A DNA stretch of 36,367 nt from a virus (lineage: Duplodnaviria; Caudoviricetes): positions 1-36,367 of the IMG/VR virus record IMGVR_UViG_3300017914_000784; one strand, written 5' to 3'. Every line of letters begins with the position of its first letter. Position 1 is the stretch's first letter. Positions 1 through 9,324 of this stretch are shown piece by piece. Position numbers and translations under genes: made by a program. Below the pieces are notes generated by a model that ran no database searches, was not told the DNA's origin, and saw only the letters and a program-made list of their open reading frames with translations.

Positions 1-2029
1 AATAACCTTCTGGGCTCTCTTGAGTCCAAAGCATTTGATACTTATTTTTTAATTTACGAAACTCTGGAACTACTTGTTTAAGAACGCCATCCTTAGATTG
101 CTTAATACTTACATATGCACGAGGTGGCTCAATTCCATTCGTGCTATTACTTATCTGTGCTGACGTTTCTGCGGGCATTAACGCCATTAATGTGCTATTT
201 CTAATTCCTGTTTTTTGTAGTTGTTTGCGTAGGCTTTTCCATGGCATACGTTCTTTGTGTGCAACTAACTCATCAACGTCTTTTTTATACGTCATGTTAG
301 GTGTTACACCTTGTGAATACTTTGTTTCTTCAGTTCCTGGACATGATCCTTGTTCTACTGCCAAATCGGCACTTGCTTTAATCAAATAATAACTCCATGC
401 TTCTGCATACTCGTCAATAATCTTTAAGTCAGGATCTGTATATGTCATATCATTTTTAGCCATCCAGTATGCTAAATTAATAATACCAATACCTAAAGGT
501 CTACGTTTTTCAGTACTATTTCTAGCCGCAGTTACAGGATAGTTCTGATACGTTAATAATGCATCTAAACCACGCACTGCTAAATCACATGGCTTTTCAA
601 AATCTTTTGGATCTTTAATACTGCCCCAGTTGATTGCACTCAATGTACATAATGCAATTTCACCTTCAGGGTCATTAAAGTCTTGTAAAGGTTTTGTAGG
701 CAAATTAATTTCACAACATAAGTTACTCTGTTTTACAGGAGCCTTTTCAGGAATAAATGCAGAATGGTCATTTGCATGATCCACATTCATTAAATAGATT
801 CTACCTGTGTTTTTACGTTCTTCCATAAACGCACTAAACAAGTCACTTGCACGAATACTTTTCTTTCTAATTTTAGTATTACGTTCAGCAGTTTCATAAA
901 TTTCTTTAAACTTTTCTTGGTCACTAAAAAATGCTTCATATAACCCAGGTACGTCATTAGGCGAAAAAAGAGTTATGTTGTCATTTGTAATAAGTCTTTC
1001 ATACATAAGTTTGTTAAACTGAACTCCGTAGTCCATATGTCTAACTCTATTTTCTTCAGTACCTTTGTTGTTCTTTAGTACTAGCATATCTTCAATTTCT
1101 AAATGCCAAATAGGATAATACAATGTTGCCGCACCATTACGAACACCACCTTGCGAACAAGAACGTGTTGCCGCTTGAAACATTTTATAAAAAGGAATTA
1201 CACCTGTATGATATGCATCACCGTTACGAATGGGACTACCCAAGGCACGAATAGAACCAGCACCAATACCAATACCTGCTTTTTGAGAAACATATTTTAC
1301 AATACTGCTTGTTGTTGCATTAATACTATCTAAACTGTCTCCAGTTTCAATTAATACACAACTGCTAAACTGTCTTTGTGGTGTACGAACACCAGCCATA
1401 ACAGGAGTAGGTAAACTAATAGCAAAAGTACTAATCGCATCGTAATAGTCTTTAACATATTTCATTCTCGTTTCTGTTGGGTACTCAGCAAATAAGGTTG
1501 CCGCAATTAGTAAGTATGCAACTTGTGGCGTTTCAAAAATTTGTCCTGTAACACGATTTTTAACAAGGTACTTACCACGCCACTGTTCCATAGCCGCATA
1601 AGTCATTTCCTCATCACGTTCATGTTTAACTATAGTATCAAACTGTTCCCATTCTTCATCAGTATATTTTACTAAAATTTCAGCATCATAAAATCCTAGG
1701 TCAATATTATTTTGTACAATTTCTTTAATGGGTAAAGGATTAAATTGATTGTATACCATTTTACGCAAATGGTAATTAATTAAACGTCCAGCCACCCATT
1801 GGTAGTTAGGTGTATCTTCGCTAATAAGATCCGCCGCACTCTTAATTAATGTTTCTTGTATTTCTGTGGAAGTAATTCCGCTGTAAAATGAAATGTGTGA
1901 TTTGATCTCTACTTCTGATGGACTAACACCTGTGATGTTTTCACAAGCATAAAATACAACTTTGTGCATTTTTTCTAAATCGAGATCTTCCTTATGTCCA
2001 TCTCTTTTGGTTACTTGAATATTTGCCAT
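1..2029 (-). CDS. nrdA: Ribonucleoside-diphosphate reductase class Ia alpha subunit (3' end outside window)
   Basis: Not in the ORF track because it is truncated. Manual translation from ATG at 2029 gives MANIQVTKRDG (ATP cone), TPVMAGVRTPQRQFSSCVL, QGGVRNGAAT, catalytic QSNLCCEI and EIALCTL. Confidence 0.97.
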   Translation of the reverse strand, partial: MANIQVTKRDGHKEDLDLEKMHKVVFYACENITGVSPSEVEIKSHISFYSGITSTEIQETLIKSAADLISEDTPNYQWVAGRLINYHLRKMVYNQFNPLPIKEIVQNNIDLGFYDAEILVKYTDEEWEQFDTIVKHERDEEMTYAAMEQWRGKYLVKNRVTGQIFETPQVAYLLIAATLFAEYPTETRMKYVKDYYDAISTFAISLPTPVMAGVRTPQRQFSSCVLIETGDSLDSINATTSSIVKYVSQKAGIGIGAGSIRALGSPIRNGDAYHTGVIPFYKMFQAATRSCSQGGVRNGAATLYYPIWHLEIEDMLVLKNNKGTEENRVRHMDYGVQFNKLMYERLITNDNITLFSPNDVPGLYEAFFSDQEKFKEIYETAERNTKIRKKSIRASDLFSAFMEERKNTGRIYLMNVDHANDHSAFIPEKAPVKQSNLCCEINLPTKPLQDFNDPEGEIALCTLSAINWGSIKDPKDFEKPCDLAVRGLDALLTYQNYPVTAARNSTEKRRPLGIGIINLAYWMAKNDMTYTDPDLKIIDEYAEAWSYYLIKASADLAVEQGSCPGTEETKYSQGVTPNMTYKKDVDELVAHKERMPWKSLRKQLQKTGIRNSTLMALMPAETSAQISNSTNGIEPPRAYVSIKQSKDGVLKQVVPEFRKLKNKYQMLWTQESPEGY

Positions 2030-2059
2030 TTGATGCCTTCTATAGTTATTACAACTTTG

Positions 2060-2500
2060 TTATAGATACTTACTTGCGTTTAAGTCCTTTTCTGTATAGA
2101 CATTTAAACACTCTAAATCTTTTGGTATCGATGTAGTATTTACTACTTGCCGATAATTTATATTCAGAGCATATTTGCTATTTTGCACGGAATTAACGAA
2201 ATTTGTTTTATCTTTATATATTACAATCTTTAGTGTAGTATTGTCAAGTATTTCAGATAGATATATTGTGTAAAACATACCTAACGCAACTGCAATATCA
2301 CAGTAATGATTGTTGTTAACCAGTGTCCAAGGATCAGGCCAATCCGTACAATCAGCATAATCTAAATAACCACTGGTTGTGGGACACTTTGCCCATAACT
2401 CTGCAACTTGTTTTAGTGCTGGTTCTGTTTCCATTTTTGTTAAATCGGCACGGAAACTTCTCCAGAAATGTATTCTGTCCTGGGGACTTAAATCAAACAT
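2060..2500 (-). CDS. Hypothetical phage protein
   Basis: 146-aa ORF tightly packed between the tail gene and nrdA. Confidence 0.75.
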   Translation of the reverse strand: MFDLSPQDRIHFWRSFRADLTKMETEPALKQVAELWAKCPTTSGYLDYADCTDWPDPWTLVNNNHYCDIAVALGMFYTIYLSEILDNTTLKIVIYKDKTNFVNSVQNSKYALNINYRQVVNTTSIPKDLECLNVYTEKDLNASKYL

Positions 2501-2504
2501 TTAA

Positions 2505-4082
2505 TTACACAAATTTTTGTATACGATATTTAAACGTTGCATCAGAACCAGTATTAGATGTTGTATACTGTAATACACCGTTTGCGTTATCCATTGATAG
2601 AGCAACACCTAAATCATTTGTTTCTGAATAATCATCATCTACAAAATAACCTAAAGTATTATTACCTGTTACTTTGATACAACCTGTTCTTGTTCCTGTA
2701 CCTCTTGTAATCATATAATCAATCACGTGTTCAGTAAGTGTAGATTCATCAAAGTCTATTGCAGTGTCTCCACTTGTAGTGTTATCAGTTAATGTTTCAG
2801 TTTTACCTGCTTCTGTTTTATGTGTTCCATAATGGATACTGTCAGATGCTAACAATCCATAAACTGCTTTACCATTATTTTGCAAGTTTGGATGTGTTGC
2901 TTGTTGTGTTGTAGTTCTATCAAAATTATCACCAATACTATAATTACCGTCTGCGTCATAATTAATAACTGGTACTAAGGCACTTCCAGCCGATCCAGCA
3001 TTTGCTACACCTACGTTTATAAATGTATTGAAAGAACTAACAAAATTTGTTACTGTTATTGTTTTAATACCTAAATTATAAAGTTTTTCAAACGTTGAAT
3101 TTAAAACTTTTACGCCCTTAGGACCTGTAGAACCACCAGCGCCTGAAATATCTTCACCACAAATAATACCAGCAAAACTTTCTTGGAAGTAACAGTTATC
3201 AAAAGTAATATTTTCAGAGTCATGATCACAATCAAAACATAAATCATGTTTTGCAAAATCACAGCCATTGAAAGTAATAAGTTTACTTGTATTAGACACC
3301 GATTGTGTTATTCTTACACCTGCTTTTCTATTACCAATACTTGTAACACTTCCTGCACCGTGTCTACCTCTAAATCTAACATTATTAAATGATACTAATA
3401 ATGCTTGATCTACTAAAAATGTGTCTGCGTCCTCTGTTTGATAAAACTGACAGTTTGAGATAAAAATATTCTTAGGTTTTAATGCGCCACCTAATCCAAC
3501 ATTTGACCCAGTTTGTTGCTTACTATCAGCAGTTTCACCTACCGGAGTGGCTGTTCCTGTATTTTTAAAAATTGTAGAATTAGCACCATTACCTATAATA
3601 GTTGCATTTCTTGGAAACTTAATTGTACCAGATATTAGATATGTACCTGACGGAAAATAAATTGCTTTGTATGATTTGTCATTTGTATGCTCACGAGTAT
3701 AAACTTGTTGTAGCATAAAATTAATTTTTGCAGTATCATCAGTAACACCATCACCTACAACACCAAAATCTTTAGCATTAATAAAATCGTCTAGTTTCTT
3801 TTGTAAAGAACGTTGTACATCTGCACCAGATGAACTTGTTTGTGCAGTATAACCTACTTCAGTACCTTTGTAAGTATAACTGTTAATACTACCTAAGATA
3901 TCACTGTATTGTGTTAAAATTTCTGTATTACCTATTTGTGGTGCACCTTCAGAAGTTGTACCATTTCCAATATATAATTTTCTTTCGTCAATTACCCATC
4001 CAATTTCTGCACTAGATAATTGGGGTAAATCTGCTCCTAAACCTCTACGGTGTTGGATCTTTGATATCTGAATTACTGCCAT
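2505..4082 (-). CDS. Virion tail/fibre protein with Mtd-N-like head and pectate-lyase-like beta-helix
   Basis: N-terminal IQHRRG...LPQLSSAEIGW...KLYIGNG; DFGVVGDGVTDDTAKI...YFPSGTYLI pectate_lyase_3-type motif; G/S/T/N-rich; upstream ATAAATA and GGAG RBS. Confidence 0.75.
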   Translation of the reverse strand: MAVIQISKIQHRRGLGADLPQLSSAEIGWVIDERKLYIGNGTTSEGAPQIGNTEILTQYSDILGSINSYTYKGTEVGYTAQTSSSGADVQRSLQKKLDDFINAKDFGVVGDGVTDDTAKINFMLQQVYTREHTNDKSYKAIYFPSGTYLISGTIKFPRNATIIGNGANSTIFKNTGTATPVGETADSKQQTGSNVGLGGALKPKNIFISNCQFYQTEDADTFLVDQALLVSFNNVRFRGRHGAGSVTSIGNRKAGVRITQSVSNTSKLITFNGCDFAKHDLCFDCDHDSENITFDNCYFQESFAGIICGEDISGAGGSTGPKGVKVLNSTFEKLYNLGIKTITVTNFVSSFNTFINVGVANAGSAGSALVPVINYDADGNYSIGDNFDRTTTQQATHPNLQNNGKAVYGLLASDSIHYGTHKTEAGKTETLTDNTTSGDTAIDFDESTLTEHVIDYMITRGTGTRTGCIKVTGNNTLGYFVDDDYSETNDLGVALSMDNANGVLQYTTSNTGSDATFKYRIQKFV

Positions 4083-4102
4083 TGTTAGTCTCCAATATAA
4101 CG

Positions 4103-4109
4103 TATTTAT
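4103..4109 (-). promoter_or_regulatory. T4-like late promoter (ATAAATA)
   Basis: Resembles T4 late TATAAATA; lies about 20 nt upstream of the tail gene start. Confidence 0.55.
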
Positions 4110-4112
4110 GCT

Positions 4113-4799
4113 TTAATGGTGTTTTAGATAATATTGTTCTACCCTGTTCCACCATGTTTTTACGCTATTTTCAAACTCTTCACCCTCTAACACCCACATT
4201 TGGAATTTAAAGTCTGCACTACACATTAAAATAACGCCTGTTTTAATTTCAGATCCATGTACTTCATTGTGTGCTTCACTATATGCCGCTAACTGTAAAA
4301 AGTAATCTTGTATCCATTCTGTCTTTTTAGGTTTATTAGTTTGCTTAAAATCTATAATAGCCGGTTTACCTTTATATGTACCAACACAATCTGTAGTACC
4401 TGCATAAATTTTAGGAAAATATAAAGGAACTTCTACACCCCAATATTCATCAACATCACACAATCCATTATCAATAATTTCTTGTGCCATTTTTCTACTT
4501 TGTTGACTAAAAGGATTTGAACCTGCTTGTGAAAGTTCACTATTTAAAATGTAATCTTCTAAATATTTGTGCATACGAGTACCACGCCCAGATGCTTCGG
4601 TTACAATTTCCTGTGCTTTCTGTTCGCCTACACGTTTCTTCCAATTTGCAAGTGCTTCTCTTTTTTCTTTGGATTTAGTTTTATCTAAGATTGTTGTGAC
4701 ACTAGGTACTGCATCACCACTAGGAGTAGTGTAAAGTCTTTTGCCTTCTACTTGTTTTCTTGAAATCTTTTCGTACGAATATCGCTCTGTTATCATCAT
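4113..4799 (-). CDS. PD-(D/E)XK exonuclease (MGME1/Cas4-like phage exonuclease)
   Basis: PSVTTIL, RGTRMHKYLE, YAGTTDC, IIDFKQT and YFLQLAAY motifs. Confidence 0.85.
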   Translation of the reverse strand: MMITERYSYEKISRKQVEGKRLYTTPSGDAVPSVTTILDKTKSKEKREALANWKKRVGEQKAQEIVTEASGRGTRMHKYLEDYILNSELSQAGSNPFSQQSRKMAQEIIDNGLCDVDEYWGVEVPLYFPKIYAGTTDCVGTYKGKPAIIDFKQTNKPKKTEWIQDYFLQLAAYSEAHNEVHGSEIKTGVILMCSADFKFQMWVLEGEEFENSVKTWWNRVEQYYLKHH

Positions 4800-4802
4800 T
4801 TG

Positions 4803-4831
4803 ATTATATACGGATTTACCGCCTTAGTCAA
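4803..4831 (-). promoter_or_regulatory. Sigma70-type promoter of the exonuclease gene
   Basis: TTGACT-17 nt-TATAAT immediately upstream of the start, implying a nearly leaderless mRNA. Confidence 0.7.
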
Positions 4832-4836
4832 GTAAA

Positions 4837-5199
4837 TTATGTGCGTTTGTTTAGGGCACGTTTTGCCATTTTGTCAACTTGACTAGTTGGCTCTACGTCT
4901 ACATCATCTGGCGTTGCGATTGTTTGGTCATCTCTACCATCTGTATTTTTGAAAACGATTGTATCGTTATTAAAATCTTGCACTAAATTTGCTATTGTTG
5001 GACTTGTTTGAATTAAGTTACTGAAACTATCATAGTTCAAAGAAATACCTAAACGTTTTGCCATTGAGGAAAACGCACTTAAAGAAACTTGAGGTTTAAG
5101 TGATTTTTGTTCTGCTCTGTTTCTTAGAAAGATTAACAAACTTGCTAGTTTGTCAACACCCTGAGGTACTTTCTCTGATATGAATTCGTGTGCTTTCAT
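4837..5199 (-). CDS. Hypothetical protein, candidate internal head protein
   Basis: N-terminus MKAHEFISE resembles the T4 capsid-targeting sequence MKTYQEFIAE. Confidence 0.7.
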   Translation of the reverse strand: MKAHEFISEKVPQGVDKLASLLIFLRNRAEQKSLKPQVSLSAFSSMAKRLGISLNYDSFSNLIQTSPTIANLVQDFNNDTIVFKNTDGRDDQTIATPDDVDVEPTSQVDKMAKRALNKRT

Positions 5200-6224
5200 T
5201 ACGGACGTTCTTGTCTGTCTAGTTCGTCTGCACCTTCTTGGCCTTCTGCGCCAGCATCTAAATCAACACTAACTTCATCATCTTCAGCAGGTGCTTCTGC
5301 GTCAGCATCTACTTCTGCTTCTGGTTCTTCAGTTGCAGGTTCTTCTGCTGTCAAGTCTGTGCCTGATTCATCAGCAGTACCTGTTAAGATACGTGATGCA
5401 TTATCCATATCAGCTCTTGCAGTTGTGATTGCATCTAATAAACTTTCTAATGTTCCTTTAGCCGCATTCATAAATTGTTCTGCTTTTTCATTACCCATTT
5501 CATCTCTAATTTGATCTGTTAATGGTAATAAATCTTCAGCCTGCATTTCACTAATATCTTCTAACATACCCTGGATACGGTCTACCATATCTTTTGATGC
5601 TAGTACTAGTTCAGCACTTTCCATTTCACCTTCTTTAAGGTTTTGTCTACTCTCTTCAATACCTAATTGTTTTCTTGCACGTCTATCTACCATTTGTAAG
5701 AATCTAACGTTTGCTAAATTACTACTCATAATTTCATCAATCATATCAATAATTGGCATAAGACCTTGCATTAACATTGGGGGAACTGTTTGTCCTTTTT
5801 TGTACATATCTAAAGCACGTTTTGCCTTCATGTAGTTTTGTGGACCTACTAAAATTCTTAATGCGTTTTGACGTCTGCTTTTTGCTCTTGGTGAATTCTG
5901 TTCTGGATCAATTTTACCGTCATTTGGTTTTAATTCTCCTGGAGTAATTTCTGTGCCTGGTGCTTCTTGAATGTTAAGTTTGTTTTCAATGCTCCATGCT
6001 TCTACAGTTTCTTTTACTAACTTTGAACAAAGGTATTCTTTGTTAGTTTGATAGTCACCTGTAGTTTCTACTACTTCTGCCATCTTTTTAGATGCTGAAT
6101 TAATTAATTTGTTTGCAGTGTTTTCATCTACTTTTGATAAATCCAAGTCAAAGCCGAAACGTGTGCTTAACAGTTTGTTTAAACTGCCGCTACGTGATAT
6201 GTTGTTTAAATCATTTAGTTCCAT
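5199..6224 (-). CDS. Hypothetical helical protein with acidic tail (prohead core/scaffold-like)
   Basis: 341 aa; coiled-coil character; acidic C-terminus; IQE|A and LKE|G candidate protease sites; CTAAATA upstream at 6256-6262. Confidence 0.65.
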   Translation of the reverse strand: MELNDLNNISRSGSLNKLLSTRFGFDLDLSKVDENTANKLINSASKKMAEVVETTGDYQTNKEYLCSKLVKETVEAWSIENKLNIQEAPGTEITPGELKPNDGKIDPEQNSPRAKSRRQNALRILVGPQNYMKAKRALDMYKKGQTVPPMLMQGLMPIIDMIDEIMSSNLANVRFLQMVDRRARKQLGIEESRQNLKEGEMESAELVLASKDMVDRIQGMLEDISEMQAEDLLPLTDQIRDEMGNEKAEQFMNAAKGTLESLLDAITTARADMDNASRILTGTADESGTDLTAEEPATEEPEAEVDADAEAPAEDDEVSVDLDAGAEGQEGADELDRQERP

Positions 6225-6258
6225 TTTGAGTTCCCTAATAATTCTTCGTTTTATATAT

Positions 6259-6714
6259 TTAGTTAATTTTAATGTTTTTTATCGATTGGTCTAGTTGGTT
6301 TCTAATGCGATTTTTACGGTATTCGCTTTCTTCGTATCTAATATACATCAAATCCTTGCGAAATTCGTCATTTGACTGCTTATACCTAATATAAAATATC
6401 AAAGCATCATTAGAATGTTTACTATAATCAAAATCCTGTCTCTCTATATCCATTGCGTCTGACGTTTGTCCTTGCATCTGTGCTACGCACCAAGCCAACG
6501 CACTGTTTCTTAATGCAAAAGAGTTTAGTAATGTACCACTGTCGTATACTTCCCATACTCCATTACGTTCTAAGCAATAGTACTTACCTATTTTTACATG
6601 GGCACCTTTTACAGATACCACAGGTAGTTCTTCTGCTTTTTGTTCTAAGAAACTACGAATCTTAGAAATATTGATTTTATCTTTTTCGTTCTTTGACATA
6701 GTAGAGATTACCAT
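6259..6714 (-). CDS. Hypothetical protein
   Basis: 151-aa ORF in the operon; the true start may be the later Met (MSKNEK). Confidence 0.7.
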   Translation of the reverse strand: MVISTMSKNEKDKINISKIRSFLEQKAEELPVVSVKGAHVKIGKYYCLERNGVWEVYDSGTLLNSFALRNSALAWCVAQMQGQTSDAMDIERQDFDYSKHSNDALIFYIRYKQSNDEFRKDLMYIRYEESEYRKNRIRNQLDQSIKNIKIN

Positions 6715-6883
6715 TTTTCTTTTTCCTATATAGTACCATTTTGTTTACTAAAGCATAAGCCAAACTTGCTTGGCTTTCATTTAAATCAGCCTGTGCTATA
6801 GACTGATCAAATTCTTTTAAAAACATTTGTTCTTCTTTTGACAGTGACACTCTTGCACCGCCTGAAAACTCAAAATAGGACAT
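6677..6883 (-). CDS. Hypothetical protein
   Basis: 68-aa ORF packed within the operon. Confidence 0.65.
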   Translation of the reverse strand: MSYFEFSGGARVSLSKEEQMFLKEFDQSIAQADLNESQASLAYALVNKMVLYRKKKNGNLYYVKERKR

Positions 6884-6885
6884 AG

Positions 6886-7794
6886 TTAATTAAGTTCGCG
6901 AGCCTTTTCAATCCATTTTTTAGCAACTGGATTATTTGGTTCTTCTTTAGCGAACTGTGACATACGTTTATACATACTATTAACTACACCTGCCGTATTG
7001 GCACCTACTGAGTTGTCTACTACATACATATTTTTTCCGAAAAAGTTATGGAATTTACCAATATTATCTTGTACTTCGCTCCACATCTTTTCGACCATTT
7101 TATCTGGTAATACTCTTTCTCTATTACTATTTCTTTTTAGAGCAGTTTCTTTATTTGTGTTTACAAAAATCATAGCACAATCATATCCTACTTGTCGTAG
7201 TGCATTGGCTTGATCTGTTATTTTTTCAAAATCTTTTCCTGTTCCATCAATTACTAAACCAAGTTTTTCGTTTAAGTGTAAAGCCATCAATCGTTTTGTT
7301 ACTGATTTGGCTTTTTCTCTTGCACTTTGTCCTGGTTCACTCATAATATCTTCTGGAGACTTTGTTAATCCTGCTTTTTCTAAATAAAATTCAAATGCTT
7401 TATCATTATTGATTAATCTAAATCCTAGTCCTTTTAGTCCTATAGCATCTACCATAAAACTTTTACCACTACCAGGTCCTCCTGCTAGGAATATTGCTTT
7501 AAAAATTGCGGGATCGTTTATGCCTTCTTCAAGGTTAGATAGTCTTTTTTTTTCTGTTTCTGTTGCAACAGAAATTGTTTGTCCTGGTTTAATTTTTTGA
7601 CCTTGTCCTTGTGCACCAGGCTTCTTAGGTTTTAGTGTAGGATTATTTGGATCTTTTGTATCAATATCCATTTTCTTTAAATCAATTTTTGTAGTGATTC
7701 CTGGTTTTTTAGGATCGCTAATTTCAACATTATCGCCAGCAACTCTTGTTACTTTGCCTTGCATAGGTTGTTCAAAAATATCCGCTAATTTCAT
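6886..7794 (-). CDS. P-loop kinase (Zeta toxin/AAA_33/PNK-like) with N-terminal extension
   Basis: IFLAGGPGSGKS Walker A; LVIDGT; ALKRNSNRER lid; LEE|G just before the kinase domain. Confidence 0.75.
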   Translation of the reverse strand: MKLADIFEQPMQGKVTRVAGDNVEISDPKKPGITTKIDLKKMDIDTKDPNNPTLKPKKPGAQGQGQKIKPGQTISVATETEKKRLSNLEEGINDPAIFKAIFLAGGPGSGKSFMVDAIGLKGLGFRLINNDKAFEFYLEKAGLTKSPEDIMSEPGQSAREKAKSVTKRLMALHLNEKLGLVIDGTGKDFEKITDQANALRQVGYDCAMIFVNTNKETALKRNSNRERVLPDKMVEKMWSEVQDNIGKFHNFFGKNMYVVDNSVGANTAGVVNSMYKRMSQFAKEEPNNPVAKKWIEKARELN

Positions 7795-8096
7795 TATCTT
7801 TTCCTACTTGCTTTATTAAGTGCCTGAACACGTTTACTTGCAGGATTAATACGTTTTGTACGTTTTGCTTTCAACTGCATTCTTTTTTTAAGTTTCGCTT
7901 TAGTCATTTTTAACTTAATGCGTTTCTTAATATCAGGTGCTTTAAAACAAGCACCAGGACTGCTTACAATTTTGCCTTTTAAACGACCTATAGAGCATCT
8001 ATATTTACGCACTACTTTATTACCAGAGCGGCCCCAAGCCATTCTAGTTTCAGTAATAGGTGTATTTTCGTCGCTAAAAAGTTCTAATATAAGCAT
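7794..8096 (-). CDS. Small, highly basic protein
   Basis: Acidic 16-aa leader ending in ITE, followed by a K/R-rich body; CTAAATA upstream at 8105-8111. Confidence 0.7.
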   Translation of the reverse strand: MLILELFSDENTPITETRMAWGRSGNKVVRKYRCSIGRLKGKIVSSPGACFKAPDIKKRIKLKMTKAKLKKRMQLKAKRTKRINPASKRVQALNKASRKR

Positions 8097-8151
8097 AACA
8101 CTACTATTTAGTATAGTTTTATCAGTTTTAAGAATTTAATGAAAGTGTATT

Positions 8152-8415
8152 TTATGTGAATAAGTTGTATGATAGTACTGCTACCGCAGTGGCTAATGAG
8201 CCAATAATAGCCACACCCCAAGTTATAAGTTGGGTCTGTCTTTTTTCTCTGTCCCTAATGATTGTATCTCTAATTTCACCAAGTACAGTTTCAATGCCGA
8301 TGACTCGGCCCTCCAAATTATCTAATTTTTCTTCCAATCGTGTATACCTCGCCGCACATAATTCTACGTGAGCTTCAAGGCTTTCTTTTTCAATGTCTCG
8401 AGTCGGACTACTCAT
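8152..8415 (-). CDS. Coiled-coil protein with C-terminal TM helix (XhlA/holin-like)
   Basis: RLEEKLDNLEGRV coiled coil followed by hydrophobic LITWGVAIIGSLATAVAVLSY. Confidence 0.65.
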   Translation of the reverse strand: MSSPTRDIEKESLEAHVELCAARYTRLEEKLDNLEGRVIGIETVLGEIRDTIIRDREKRQTQLITWGVAIIGSLATAVAVLSYNLFT

Positions 8416-8460
8416 TTTGCTTCCTTTTACACCTACCTTGGGTGATTTGATAATTGCGGA

Positions 8461-8509
8461 GCCTTTAGTGAGCCTTTGATTTGCCTATATTGTTTGCCTG
8501 TGTTAGCCT
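8461..8509 (-). repeat. Five spaced AGGC motifs in a 5' leader
   Basis: gcct on the + strand at 8461, 8472, 8483, 8496 and 8506. Confidence 0.7.
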
Positions 8510-8522
8510 GTTTCTACTAATA

Positions 8523-8530
8523 TATTTATA
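8523..8530 (-). promoter_or_regulatory. T4-type late promoter TATAAATA
   Basis: Exact T4 late consensus in an intergenic position. Confidence 0.65.
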
Positions 8531-8574
8531 TTGTTAAACCACGATTTCAACTACCATATTATTTTAAAGTAGTT

Positions 8575-9324
8575 TTAAGCAGGTTTAATTTTGTATTTGT
8601 TATGGATATTTTTAATGTTAGGATTTCTAATTGCTTTATAACCTACAAATGCACCAACTGCCGTAGCCGCCACAGTTTTTGCAAAAGTATTACCAGTGTA
8701 AGGACTTTTGGCGTTATCAGCCGCTATGCCACGAACACTTTGATTGTAAGGTCCAGTTAAATCACTACCTCTTGCATAATGGTTTAACATAAAGCCTAAA
8801 CGTGTTGCGCCAGCAGTTTGTTCATTTGGTAAAGCACGAGGCCAGTCACCTACAATACGTCTCATAGATTTTAGTTTACTATCGCTAATTTTAAGCGAAC
8901 GTTCTACTGCTATCATTGTACGTCTATCTAATGAAGTATCTACTACACCATTTTGTACGTTTCTTAAATATCTTTTAATTTGTGCAGTTGGTATTCTATA
9001 ACCGCCTTTACGTTCTAGTCCAGCAATTAAATTGTGTAAGTCAGTTGCACCACTACGCACACCGTCAAATCCTGAATACTTTAATGTATTCTTTGCGTAT
9101 GTACTTGCTCTACCAGGATCTGTATAACGCATAGCCTGTACACCGAGTAAGTGTGCGTATACGTTAGCCGCAATATCTTCACCACTTTGTGTAACAAACT
9201 GTTTTGGATTTTTAAATAAACGTGCCTCTGTCATTTCGTCATTCATAAATTCGAATAACTTATTAGATGGTACTTCGTGTCCACCTTCCATAGCCGCCCA
9301 TTCACTTGCAGTATATTTTTCCAT
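8575..9324 (-). CDS. Hypothetical protein, candidate internal head protein
   Basis: Likely start MEKYTA overlaps the radical SAM stop (TAATG); MTE|AR candidate cleavage site; C-terminal hydrophobic stretch. Confidence 0.7.
   Translation of the reverse strand: MEKYTASEWAAMEGGHEVPSNKLFEFMNDEMTEARLFKNPKQFVTQSGEDIAANVYAHLLGVQAMRYTDPGRASTYAKNTLKYSGFDGVRSGATDLHNLIAGLERKGGYRIPTAQIKRYLRNVQNGVVDTSLDRRTMIAVERSLKISDSKLKSMRRIVGDWPRALPNEQTAGATRLGFMLNHYARGSDLTGPYNQSVRGIAADNAKSPYTGNTFAKTVAATAVGAFVGYKAIRNPNIKNIHNKYKIKPA

Noticed and set aside
141-1333. Plus-strand ORFs 141-389 and 1103-1333
   Set aside because: They are antisense shadows of nrdA. The other short plus-strand ORFs overlapping minus-strand genes were rejected for the same reason.
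2505-4082. Diversity-generating retroelement target suggested by the Mtd-like N-terminus
   Set aside because: No reverse transcriptase or template/variable repeat pair was seen, and this N-terminal domain is common in tail proteins.
4113-4799. Cas4/CRISPR system
   Set aside because: The four-Cys cluster is not evident, and no other cas genes or repeat-spacer array were seen.
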